Virus record (IMG/VR): IMGVR_UViG_3300028048_003121
Source of the DNA: an uncultured virus (IMG/VR IMGVR_UViG_3300028048_003121)
Taxonomy: Duplodnaviria; Heunggongvirae; Uroviricota; Caudoviricetes
Reading direction: 5' to 3' (one strand)
Length of the DNA: 20,000 nucleotides
Both the position numbers and the translations under genes were made by a program. This document shows positions 7,920 to 15,572 of this stretch, piece after piece. The notes below the pieces were generated by a model. It saw nothing but the letters and a program-made list of their open reading frames with translations. It was not told the DNA's origin and ran no database searches. The stretch's first letter is position 1. The number at the start of each line of letters is the position of its first letter.

Positions 7920-8265
7920 GATAATAACAAACATTACTATCGGAAACTGGTATCTGGTTAGAGAAAAACCTACCAGAATATCTCCGGCAAATGTTGTGTG
8001 GGCATTTCGGGATGGATGTTTTCCTATACCGCTGACAAGTGAAATACTGGAGAATAGCGGTATTCATAGAGAGGGAGGTGCCAGTTTCTGGCACGATGAA
8101 CATTATAGTATTGTATTTTTCTTCTGGAATGAGGAAAGAATAGAACTGATTATCAGTAAGAGAGGTGATGATCGTCCGTATATTGCAAAACTTGATGTAA
8201 AATACGTCGATCAACTACAAGATTTATTGAGAGTGTATAATATAAACTTAATGATTGAGTTATGA
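7912..8265 (+). CDS. Hypothetical phage-type protein (paralog of 9578-10030)
   Basis: PIPLTSEILE.SG ... VKYVDQLQ motif. Confidence 0.8.
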   Translation: MDKIITNITIGNWYLVREKPTRISPANVVWAFRDGCFPIPLTSEILENSGIHREGGASFWHDEHYSIVFFFWNEERIELIISKRGDDRPYIAKLDVKYVDQLQDLLRVYNINLMIEL

Positions 8266-9383
8266 AACTAAAGAAAATAGAAATAGATTCATGGTATATC
8301 TGTATTAAAGACATATATAACTCGGAGGGAAAAATAGAGTTCCAAAGTGGAAAAGTCTATCATGCACCTAAAGACAACTATCTGATCCGGGATGACAACG
8401 GTCAACCTGAGATAATCGGTGCATTTCTGATAGAACATTTCAAACTATGGTCAGTGAAAGATGCCAAGCCAGGAGATTTCCTGACATACAGCAGTGATGA
8501 ACATAAGGACTGGTATTTCATCTATCATAGCGAATACAAACCCTATGACAGTCATCATCATTACTTTGCCGGTTATTCAGACAAATTTCTTCCAGGAGGA
8601 ACGGCGTGTATCGATGAAGATGGCCTTCGTCCATCCACACATGAAGAATGTGACTTGCTCCTCCATAAAATAGAAGAGGCAGGATATCATTGGGATGCTG
8701 AAAACCACAAGCTGATAAAAAATAAAGAAGAGAATGAGGTGAAACAGAAAATGACGGATGAAGAGTCCATCATCCAATGCTTCGGCGAGTGGCAGCACGA
8801 GATGGTTCGAAAAACCGGCTTTGTTTATGGCTATATACGTCAGGTAGTCAGGAACTTCCTGAATGGCTTTGAAGAACCAGGTAATAACTACTTTAAGTGG
8901 GAAGTGACACACCTCATCGAAAAAGCTCTGCAGCATAAGGATGAGGGTGTAAAAGCCTACGCCCGTATGTTGGCCAAAAAATATAGTAAAGACGGACAAG
9001 ATAAATATGCAGACTGCATCTTGTCTGCCATCGGAGAAAAAGAAATACCAATGGCGACCATGGATGAGAGCACAGAGAGAATGACTGTCATCACTCTCTG
9101 TGGCAGTACTCGCTTCAAGGAGCAGTTCTTGGAACAGCAGAAACGATTGACCCTTGAAGGAAACGTCGTCATCAGCGTAGGCCTGTTCGGTCACTCCGGC
9201 GACGAAGAGGTTTGGAAACCAGGCATGAAAGAAATGCTGGATAAGATGCACTTCCAGAAGATCGACATGGCCGACGAGATATTTGTTATCAATGTCGGCG
9301 GTTATATTGGCGAGAGTACCAGGCGTGAGATTGCTCATGCAGAACAGACGGGTAAACCTGTACGATATTTGGAAAGTATATAA
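8262..9383 (+). CDS. Multidomain protein with C-terminal nucleoside 2-deoxyribosyltransferase-like domain
   Basis: C-terminal VITLCGSTRF...KIDMADEIFVIN.GGYIGEST.REI..A...GKPV; ATGA overlap start. Confidence 0.75.
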   Translation: MKLKKIEIDSWYICIKDIYNSEGKIEFQSGKVYHAPKDNYLIRDDNGQPEIIGAFLIEHFKLWSVKDAKPGDFLTYSSDEHKDWYFIYHSEYKPYDSHHHYFAGYSDKFLPGGTACIDEDGLRPSTHEECDLLLHKIEEAGYHWDAENHKLIKNKEENEVKQKMTDEESIIQCFGEWQHEMVRKTGFVYGYIRQVVRNFLNGFEEPGNNYFKWEVTHLIEKALQHKDEGVKAYARMLAKKYSKDGQDKYADCILSAIGEKEIPMATMDESTERMTVITLCGSTRFKEQFLEQQKRLTLEGNVVISVGLFGHSGDEEVWKPGMKEMLDKMHFQKIDMADEIFVINVGGYIGESTRREIAHAEQTGKPVRYLESI

Positions 9384-9413
9384 GGATTATATAACCATTA
9401 AATTATAGAAGAT

Positions 9414-9581
9414 ATGAGACTCTACGGAAGTATATGCCCCATCTATAATCGCGAGGTCAATGATGACTGCCGTCGATGCGGTCGCTTCTATTCCGGCAAC
9501 GCCACAGGAATAGAATGTGACAGTTCCCCAATGGATATTCCGAACATCCTTAAAGAGATTGGAAAGGAGGCTGGAGTATGA
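9414..9581 (+). CDS. Small Cys-rich protein (55 aa), possibly Zn-binding
   Basis: MRLYGSICPIYNREVNDDCRRCGRFYSGNATGIECDSSPMDIPNILKEIGKEAGV; ATGA overlap with 9578. Confidence 0.6.
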   Translation: MRLYGSICPIYNREVNDDCRRCGRFYSGNATGIECDSSPMDIPNILKEIGKEAGV

Positions 9582-10030
9582 CAATACAAGAACTGAAAAA
9601 GCTGATGATTGATGACTTCGTATATTCAAAGAAGCACAATCAGATAGTTCGGGTCTGGGCGGTACATCCCGGCTATATTCAGTGTTATGTCAACGGCATC
9701 CTGACAGAAGTCGGTAACGACGATGTAGAACCCATCAGGCTTACAGACGAGTTTCTGAAGAAACTTGGATTCAAGCCTCGCAGGGATATTGGCTGGGAGG
9801 ATAGAGACTTGTTCTACTGGGAAGGTGATAGGGTTTATGCCAGACTTATTCCTACCAGTTATAAGATCAGCAGTTGGTATGACTTGAAAATCGAGTCGAT
9901 AGACTCTGACGATCTGCGTCGGGGTGACTTGCGCCGTACAATGGTGAAGTATGTGCATGAAATGCAGCAGGCCTTTCGGTTTAACTATATCGATAAGGAA
10001 TTTAACTTAACGACGAAAAATAGCATATGA
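9578..10030 (+). CDS. Hypothetical phage-type protein (paralog of 7912-8265)
   Basis: PIRLTDEFLKKLGF ... VKYVHEMQ motif. Confidence 0.85.
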   Translation: MTIQELKKLMIDDFVYSKKHNQIVRVWAVHPGYIQCYVNGILTEVGNDDVEPIRLTDEFLKKLGFKPRRDIGWEDRDLFYWEGDRVYARLIPTSYKISSWYDLKIESIDSDDLRRGDLRRTMVKYVHEMQQAFRFNYIDKEFNLTTKNSI

Positions 10031-10251
10031 CTAACAAAAAAAAGTATATCAAAAATGAAAAATGTAATCCAACAAAGACGGATTGGGTGGTATTTGTTTT
10101 GTCGGTGTTGTTCACTATTCTTACTTGTGACCATATAACAAAATGTATTGGAGAATGGTTCAAAATCATTTCTTGCATTATTGTTCTTCTCGGTGCCTTT
10201 TATTTTGTCACCAGATTATTTTGCTTTTGGGTAAAGGAAATGACATCGTAA
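10027..10251 (+). CDS. Small two-TM membrane protein
   Basis: Two hydrophobic stretches; ATGA overlap. Confidence 0.65.
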   Translation: MTNKKKYIKNEKCNPTKTDWVVFVLSVLFTILTCDHITKCIGEWFKIISCIIVLLGAFYFVTRLFCFWVKEMTS

Positions 10252-10309
10252 CGTATGACTGACGAGGGCTTTGAAAGAGAAATAAAGGAAAATAAACTGG
10301 TCTGACAAT

Positions 10310-10633
10310 ATGGTAAAGAAAAATATATACTTGAAAAACGGAACGCTGTTCGCCACAGGCTACAACCGTATCGTCCATGGTGGACGGGGCGACTATGTAG
10401 AGTTTGAGCGCGACCAGATTGTACCAAAGCTAAGATCTAAATTCGGGAACAAACCGACGGACGATTTGGATATATACTACTGGTGGCTCGTACCTGAGAC
10501 TGACCCTGAAACAAAAGTATATTTTCAGAAGAAAACGGTCAAATACGCCGACTATAAAATCGGGAAATACTACGTTGATCCGTATCTCCTGAAGGATTTC
10601 AAAGACCCGGAACAACTGTTTAACTACGAATAA
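10310..10633 (+). CDS. Conserved hypothetical protein
   Basis: 107-aa ORF, GYNRIVHGGRGDYVEF...VKYADYK.G.YY. Confidence 0.85.
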   Translation: MVKKNIYLKNGTLFATGYNRIVHGGRGDYVEFERDQIVPKLRSKFGNKPTDDLDIYYWWLVPETDPETKVYFQKKTVKYADYKIGKYYVDPYLLKDFKDPEQLFNYE

Positions 10634-10647
10634 ATTTGTTATCTGTC

Positions 10648-11535
10648 ATGGGCGTATTGAGAAAACAAACAACAGTAAAGAGTGAACCGCTGACTGAACA
10701 GTCAATACAGCGGCGGTTGAATCATGTCTTCGCTTCCTGGAAATACAATATTGACGGGCTGTTTGTCTTCGAGTGGGAGTCAGACAAACTCATTTGGACG
10801 AAGACAGGCTACATATATGAGTTTGAAATCAAAATCAGCCGTGCTGACTTCAAAAACGACTTCAAAAATAAAAAAGAGAAGCATATCATCCTGAAAGGCC
10901 CGACGGAGGAGGAGCGTTTCATGCCGTCGTTCTATCAGAGCTACGAATGGAACAAACACCTGTATAATTCCATTGATGACTGTAAGGCAAGAATAAAGCC
11001 TGGTGACAGTCATCTGATAGAAAGCCACAAGAAACCAAACTACTTCTATTACGCTGTTCCAGAAGGGCTGATACAGCCGGAAGATGTTCCTGAGTATGCA
11101 GGTCTGATATACATCCTGAAGGAATATCACTATGAACGTCAAAGTTACGTCATAGTGAAAAAGGCACCTTGCCTGCATAAGCAGAAATACAAGGATGGTG
11201 AGCTTAACCTCGCTGAGAAATTCTGGTGGAACTGGCAGAGTGACCGCCGCTTGCGGCAAGAGGCCCAACGGGAACGTGACGATGCACGTAAGGCCTTACA
11301 AGAGGAACTTGCTGAGCATCAGCAAGAAGAAACCTACCAGTCCCTTAAATGGAAATACAAGGTGGCCAGCTCAGAGAGGGACGAATATCAGTCACTTTAT
11401 TCTGCCAAATGCCGTGACCAGAATATCGACAGGATGATCATCCGCAAGCTACGCCATGAGCTGCTACAACTTAAACCAGACTTCGACTACAAAGTAATCG
11501 AAGCGGAATGTGAGAAAATCTATGGTATCAAGTGA
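10648..11535 (+). CDS. MmcB-like PD-(D/E)XK nuclease-fold protein with C-terminal coiled coil
   Basis: WESD...YEFEIKISRADF..DF, PNYFYYAVP..LI...VP.YAGL; ATG at 10648. Confidence 0.75.
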   Translation: MGVLRKQTTVKSEPLTEQSIQRRLNHVFASWKYNIDGLFVFEWESDKLIWTKTGYIYEFEIKISRADFKNDFKNKKEKHIILKGPTEEERFMPSFYQSYEWNKHLYNSIDDCKARIKPGDSHLIESHKKPNYFYYAVPEGLIQPEDVPEYAGLIYILKEYHYERQSYVIVKKAPCLHKQKYKDGELNLAEKFWWNWQSDRRLRQEAQRERDDARKALQEELAEHQQEETYQSLKWKYKVASSERDEYQSLYSAKCRDQNIDRMIIRKLRHELLQLKPDFDYKVIEAECEKIYGIK

Positions 11536-11561
11536 CACCAAATCCCTTTTTTGTTGGTTTA

Positions 11562-12038
11562 ATGGAAAAAATGACCTATGACAAGCTCAAAAAGCTGGAA
11601 GCTGAACACCAGCGTCACCGTCAGGCGAAAAAACGCCTGAAGGTATACTATGGGTGGAGCAAAATTAACAAGATACAGAAACGCGAGGCTATTGCCGTCG
11701 CCTTTGAAAATGAAGAGGGTGCTGGATGGAAAAACAGCAGGTCTGGCAAGTCACTCAGAAAGACGATGACTGTCTGCTATGAACGATACCAGACGGAAAA
11801 GGAAATGTCGGATGCTGCCGCTTATAACAGGGTATTCACCGTCTATTACGTCTTTCTGGATGACAAGGCTGTAAAAGGCAGCCTAAACCGTGCCTTACAG
11901 ATCAACTCAGAGAGTGATAAGAACCATGTCACAAGTTCTGAACGGAAGCTTATATCTGAGGCCCTGGAAAGATCTTTCATGGCCTCACACATCGGCTACA
12001 AAGAGCCGACGCGACAACTGGAGCTGCAGTTTAAATAA
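11562..12038 (+). CDS. Hypothetical protein
   Basis: ATG 11562 (or GTG 11532); last gene of the + run. Confidence 0.8.
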   Translation: MEKMTYDKLKKLEAEHQRHRQAKKRLKVYYGWSKINKIQKREAIAVAFENEEGAGWKNSRSGKSLRKTMTVCYERYQTEKEMSDAAAYNRVFTVYYVFLDDKAVKGSLNRALQINSESDKNHVTSSERKLISEALERSFMASHIGYKEPTRQLELQFK

Positions 12039-12041
12039 CCA

Positions 12042-12810
12042 TGGAAGGGGTGATGGCTCACCATCTGTAGCATACCAGGACGATGACCGCATCAGTCTGT
12101 CACAAGACCACAAGGAAGTCTGTCTTAACGTAACCAGCCTATGGACTATATCCTTATTCCGCTGCCTCACATTACACCGAGGAATGCCAGAAAACCTGCC
12201 ACCTCACGGTGTTTTTCATCGGCATACGTTGTGTGCTGATGAAAAAATTATGTGGTCAACAAAACAAGGATGTACCCCATGAACGGCGCTACTAACAGAT
12301 TTTTTCGATGGACTTGCACCAGGCTGACGCCTTATGGTCAACACACCTGAATATCCTACAGCATCGTCGTAAACGATGAACCTTCCACTTGACATTCTTT
12401 CATACGACATGGGAGCCTTGTTTCTCTCACAACACCAGCGTGACCTTATCGATGGCTGAAGAATATACAGCATGCGTATCTATTCTGAGGGTACTCGCTA
12501 CCTGTAGACAGAGAGTTATCATGTCATCCTGTTCTGAATGGCACTTGCCTATGGGAAACAAGTATTACATACACATTTCCCATTGAGGCAGACAAGGTCT
12601 GCTTCACCGGCAAGAAAGCTATTCAGGGATGAAATAACAACACTCCTTACTTTGGATAGGGAGCACTCTCTTCTTTAAAGCGGTAGATGCTGTATGTTCA
12701 TCAGCACATCCGGCCACTTTTAGACTCTATTGTTCAGAAAAAGGCCTCCAGAACTATCGCCCACACCGAAGCACACGGACAGTACTCAATGAGCAACTAT
12801 CCGAGGCTTC
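12042..12810. ncRNA. Large multi-hairpin non-coding element (putative large ncRNA or structured ssDNA site); strand unresolved
   Basis: No credible ORF; more than 12 helices seen by eye, including 12042-48/12381-87, 12092-99/12320-27, 12213-27/12231-45, 12534-42/12618-26, 12551-58/12576-83, 12585-93/12597-605. Confidence 0.55.
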
Positions 12811-12818
12811 ACCCAGCC

Positions 12819-12862
12819 CTTTCTTACCCACACATTTAAGCTTTCTTCCCTACAGATTTAAA
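12819..12862 (+). repeat. Tandem 2 x 22-bp imperfect repeat
   Basis: CTTTCTTACCCACACATTTAAG / CTTTCTTCCCTACAGATTTAAA, 18/22 identical. Confidence 0.7.
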
Positions 12863-12868
12863 CCGTTC

Positions 12869-13087
12869 TCATCGGAGAAGATGAGAACGGATAATGAGAA
12901 CCTTATCGTTCAGGTACTTGCTACCGTCGATAGAAAGACTTGCACGAAGATGACCTTCGCAGCAACCTATATCATCAATACTGAACTTCTTGAAGACGGC
13001 ATGTACGCTGCCGAAATAATAGTTGGCATGACCGTGGATGAAATGGACATGCACAACCTTTGGGAGTTGTTTTCCGTCGATAACCAT
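12869..13087 (-). CDS. Small conserved hypothetical protein of Bacteroidales mobile elements
   Basis: KVVHVH....NYYFGSV.A.F...I.SHLLR; own -7 box 24 nt upstream. Confidence 0.8.
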   Translation of the reverse strand: MVIDGKQLPKVVHVHFIHGHANYYFGSVHAVFKKFSIDDIGCCEGHLRASLSIDGSKYLNDKVLIIRSHLLR

Positions 13088-13110
13088 AAGCTTGATCTCC
13101 TATTTTTCTG

Positions 13111-13118
13111 CAAAGATA
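13111..13118 (-). promoter_or_regulatory. Bacteroidetes -7 box for the 72-aa gene
   Basis: TATCTTTG(CA) on the - strand; part of inverted repeat AAAGATAGC/GCTATCTTT. Confidence 0.7.
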
Positions 13119-13237
13119 GCAAATAAATACTATAAAGCTATCTTTTAGTGCAGAATTTTAGGATAAAATAACCATTCTATATAACATATAGTACCTATAT
13201 GTAAGGATATTGCTTTTACAAAAGCATTTTCCCTTGC

Positions 13238-13546
13238 GGATTTCCATCGTGCCACCTGCCCTACAGAATACCCATCGACGTTGACTGTTTTTTCACGCCG
13301 TTTTCCCTTGCAAAGGTATGGAGAGGCAGGCTATCGCCAATGAACAGGCTAAAGTATCGGCATAAAAAGCTCAGGCAGCCTTCCGCAGATTACTGCATAA
13401 TCTGGGTATTCCTGATTTTTTACTTGATATTCCTTGGCTTATAGCCTTTAGAACCTCTCCCTGATATACCGGCAAGAAAAAAGGCTAAAACAGTGAAACG
13501 ATGTACCGATGAGTTCTTTGAAAGGGTGGTGACAGATGAAAAATTC
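13238..13546. promoter_or_regulatory. Long imperfect hairpin, putative ssDNA (Frpo-like) promoter, copy 2
   Basis: Pairs: CAGATTA/TAATCTG 13386-13404, TCAGG 13371-75/CCTGA 13411-15, AGGCTAT 13328-34/ATAGCCT 13441-47, GGAGAGG 13320-26/CCTCTCC 13454-60, CTTGC 13307-11/GCAAG 13472-76, ACTGTTT 13284-90/AAACAGT 13488-94; - strand TACCTTTG at 13318-13311. Confidence 0.7.
13377..13412 (+). repeat. 36-bp direct repeat (hairpin apex), copy 2
   Basis: Identical to 458-493. Confidence 0.95.
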
Positions 13547-13631
13547 CAAAAAAAGAAAATAAGGACTTTCAGCTCTCGATACCCGATAAGTTCAATAACA
13601 ACAGCGCAACAAAAGAATAGGAGGATTGAAT

Positions 13632-13772
13632 ATGAAAAAGTCATTTAACCAGATAGCAGCTCAACTGGAGCGTATCTACAAGCTTTACTACAAGGGCTTC
13701 GGTACAAAGACATTACTGGAGAAGGCAGAAAAGTGCATGTACGGCATACAGAACGTAGGACTGTGCTTCTGA
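13632..13772 (+). CDS. Small basic protein (46 aa)
   Basis: MKKSFNQIAAQLERIYKLYYKGFGTKTLLEKAEKCMYGIQNVGLCF; GAATATG start context with GGAGG upstream. Confidence 0.65.
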   Translation: MKKSFNQIAAQLERIYKLYYKGFGTKTLLEKAEKCMYGIQNVGLCF

Positions 13773-13784
13773 CATCTAACAATA

Positions 13785-13830
13785 AACAAACAGCGGAGGC
13801 GGCGCGATATAAACAGCCACAAAGAATATG
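13785..13830 (+). repeat. Conserved pre-start leader motif, copy 2
   Basis: 37/46 identical to 689-734. Confidence 0.85.
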
Positions 13831-14403
13831 AAGAAATATAATATCTATCAGATCAAGAACGACTCACAGGTTGCTCGTGGCATCAAATTTTCCGGACTGG
13901 AAGAGCTGGAGAAATACAACCTACGTAGCCAACTGACCCTCGACATCTATCAAAAGGTCTATACCGGCGAGATAGAGGATGGCGACATATTGGTAATGCT
14001 GGATCGTATCTTCTCGAAGTTCCAGGGGAAAAAGCCTGCTGACTTTACAGGTCATAGCGTCAGCGTATCAGATATGGTGGAAATGGACGGTAAGTACTAT
14101 TATTGCGACCATTACACATGGAAGAAAATCACTTTCACTGAGACTAAGACAACAGAAACTCCAGAAAAGGATCTCTACAGTGAGGTGGCAGATATCCTAA
14201 AGGAAGGTAACCTCTATGGTGACATCAATACCTACGATAACCAGGTGGAGGTCAGTATCGAATGGGGTGACTGGAAACACGAACATGGCTATCTTCGCTA
14301 TCTCATGGAACAGAAAGGCTTCGTTGAGACCAACGAGGAAATCACTGAAGAGGATGGTAGCGACTGCTACTCAGCAGTACACACCTTCAAAAAGGCAGCA
14401 TAA
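13828..14403 (+). CDS. YodL-domain protein fused to an acidic C-terminal domain
   Basis: YNIYQIK...Y.KVY.G...L..IF..F....P.DF.GHS.SVSD.V...YYCD. Confidence 0.8.
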   Translation: MKKYNIYQIKNDSQVARGIKFSGLEELEKYNLRSQLTLDIYQKVYTGEIEDGDILVMLDRIFSKFQGKKPADFTGHSVSVSDMVEMDGKYYYCDHYTWKKITFTETKTTETPEKDLYSEVADILKEGNLYGDINTYDNQVEVSIEWGDWKHEHGYLRYLMEQKGFVETNEEITEEDGSDCYSAVHTFKKAA

Positions 14404-14408
14404 CATAT

Positions 14409-14440
14409 AAAGGTAACGGGAGCCTAACCAACTCCCACTA
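14409..14440 (+). repeat. Post-gene GGGAG-CTAACCA-CTCCC hairpin motif, copy 2
   Basis: AAAGGTAACGGGAGCCTAACCAACTCCCACTA, similar to 1127-1160. Confidence 0.85.
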
Positions 14441-14454
14441 AAAACTTACGTCAT

Positions 14455-14613
14455 ATGAATAACAACAATGCAATCTACAGGGAACTATGGTTCGTGGCAC
14501 CAGTTTTCAAGTGGCTGGACAAACATCCGCTCATCTCAGACATCATCCTGGTTCTGGAAGGCTTGGCAACAGCCTGGGCAGTGTTTAACTATAACTTTAC
14601 AACCAATTTCTGA
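14455..14613 (+). CDS. Small hydrophobic protein (52 aa)
   Basis: MNNNNAIYRELWFVAPVFKWLDKHPLISDIILVLEGLATAWAVFNYNFTTNF; follows the post-gene motif as ORF 1173 does. Confidence 0.65.
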   Translation: MNNNNAIYRELWFVAPVFKWLDKHPLISDIILVLEGLATAWAVFNYNFTTNF

Positions 14614-14721
14614 CGAAAACGGTCTTAAATGAGTTAAATCAAGACAAAGTTTTGAGAATATTCTGAAAGTCAGATAAATAGTGATAATTTCGCAGAGTAA
14701 TAACTTAAAAAAAACAAGAAT

Positions 14722-15168
14722 ATGTTTAGTGGAAGTTTTTTAGGCCGTTGTGGCAAGGACGCCGAGATCTTAACAGGCGCATCAGGTGAACAGTATGTGG
14801 CATTGAATGTCGCAGAGTCTTATTATTCCAAGGGAGAAACCCTGACACGATGGTACAAAGTCTATGCCAGCTTCCCAAGAGCACTGAAACTGGCTCAGTA
14901 CTGGAAGAAAGGCAGACTCCTGGAAGTTGTTGGCGAACTGGTAAAGCATAACATCTATGAGGACAAGGATGGCAAGCCACAGCTTCAATTGGTGGTGAAC
15001 GCCTTCCGTGTGGAATTTCCACCAGTCGGCAAGAAAAGAGATGAACAGACCGGTGAACAGAAGAGCAGTACACCGCCTCCTGTCTCTGAGGAGGATGTTA
15101 ACAATACACCTCAGATGCCTTTCGAGGCTCCTGCAGGTGGCGAGGGTAACGATGATCTTCCCTTCTAA
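14722..15168 (+). CDS. ssb: Single-stranded DNA-binding protein
   Basis: OB-fold LGR.G.DAE...T.W.....KKG..V.V.G.L; acidic tail DDLPF. Confidence 0.92.
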   Translation: MFSGSFLGRCGKDAEILTGASGEQYVALNVAESYYSKGETLTRWYKVYASFPRALKLAQYWKKGRLLEVVGELVKHNIYEDKDGKPQLQLVVNAFRVEFPPVGKKRDEQTGEQKSSTPPPVSEEDVNNTPQMPFEAPAGGEGNDDLPF

Positions 15169-15205
15169 GAACACCTACTTACAGTAGAATGTCTATCGAG
15201 GCCTC

Positions 15206-15240
15206 GGACGCTGAGCCAGTGGAATCAGCGTCCACTTTCT
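15206..15240 (+). terminator. GC-rich hairpin after ssb (weak terminator or processing site)
   Basis: GGACGCTGA 15206-14/TCAGCGTCC 15225-33 followed by ACTTTCT. Confidence 0.45.
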
Positions 15241-15254
15241 AAAAACAATCAGAT

Positions 15255-15572
15255 ATGAATAAGGAAGAATTTAATCAGAAACTCGGACGGCTACAGGAAA
15301 TCATTGCTGAAGCCAGGGAAATTATCAGCTCTTTGGAAGAGTTCTGCAAAGAGAATAATGAGCTGGCATATACACCTGTAGCATCTCTTGCTATAGCCCA
15401 AGGTGGGCTACAAACAAAATATTTGAACGTCTGCAGCAATGCTGGCATCAAAAATATCCAGCAGCTTATGGACGTTGGCTACAACAACTTTAAGAAATAC
15501 CGGAATAGCGGCAAGATGACGGCTGACCTGGTCAGGAAAGCCTTATGGGAACAATATCATATAGAATGGTAA
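15255..15572 (+). CDS. RNA polymerase alpha-CTD-like (HhH) domain protein
   Basis: L.TK.LNVCSNAGIKNI.QL......FKKYRNSGK.T...V..AL. Confidence 0.7.
   Translation: MNKEEFNQKLGRLQEIIAEAREIISSLEEFCKENNELAYTPVASLAIAQGGLQTKYLNVCSNAGIKNIQQLMDVGYNNFKKYRNSGKMTADLVRKALWEQYHIEW

Noticed and set aside
4588..11535. MTase plus PD-(D/E)XK protein as a restriction-modification pair
   Set aside because: They are over 4 kb apart and the nuclease motifs match the MmcB-like family rather than a type II REase
12143..12155. - strand AAGGATATAGTCC resembles the group I intron S element
   Set aside because: No matching R element (GACTA) or P/Q core found, no interrupted gene, and the segment already pairs with 12266-12274
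12236..12250. CTGATGA hammerhead-like core
   Set aside because: Lies inside a near-perfect helix; no stem II followed by GAAA
11890..12586. ORF-track frames 11890-12282, 11985-12170, 12216-12473 and 12389-12586
   Set aside because: Poor starts, mutual overlaps and atypical composition; better explained as a structured non-coding region
12601..12615. 15-bp exact inverted match to 17686-17700 inside the RHH gene (possible antisense target)
   Set aside because: A 15-mer match within 20 kb is near chance expectation (about 0.4)
14684..14694. TAATTTCGCA possible -7 box for ssb
   Set aside because: One mismatch to consensus and no clear -33 box; too weak to list as a feature
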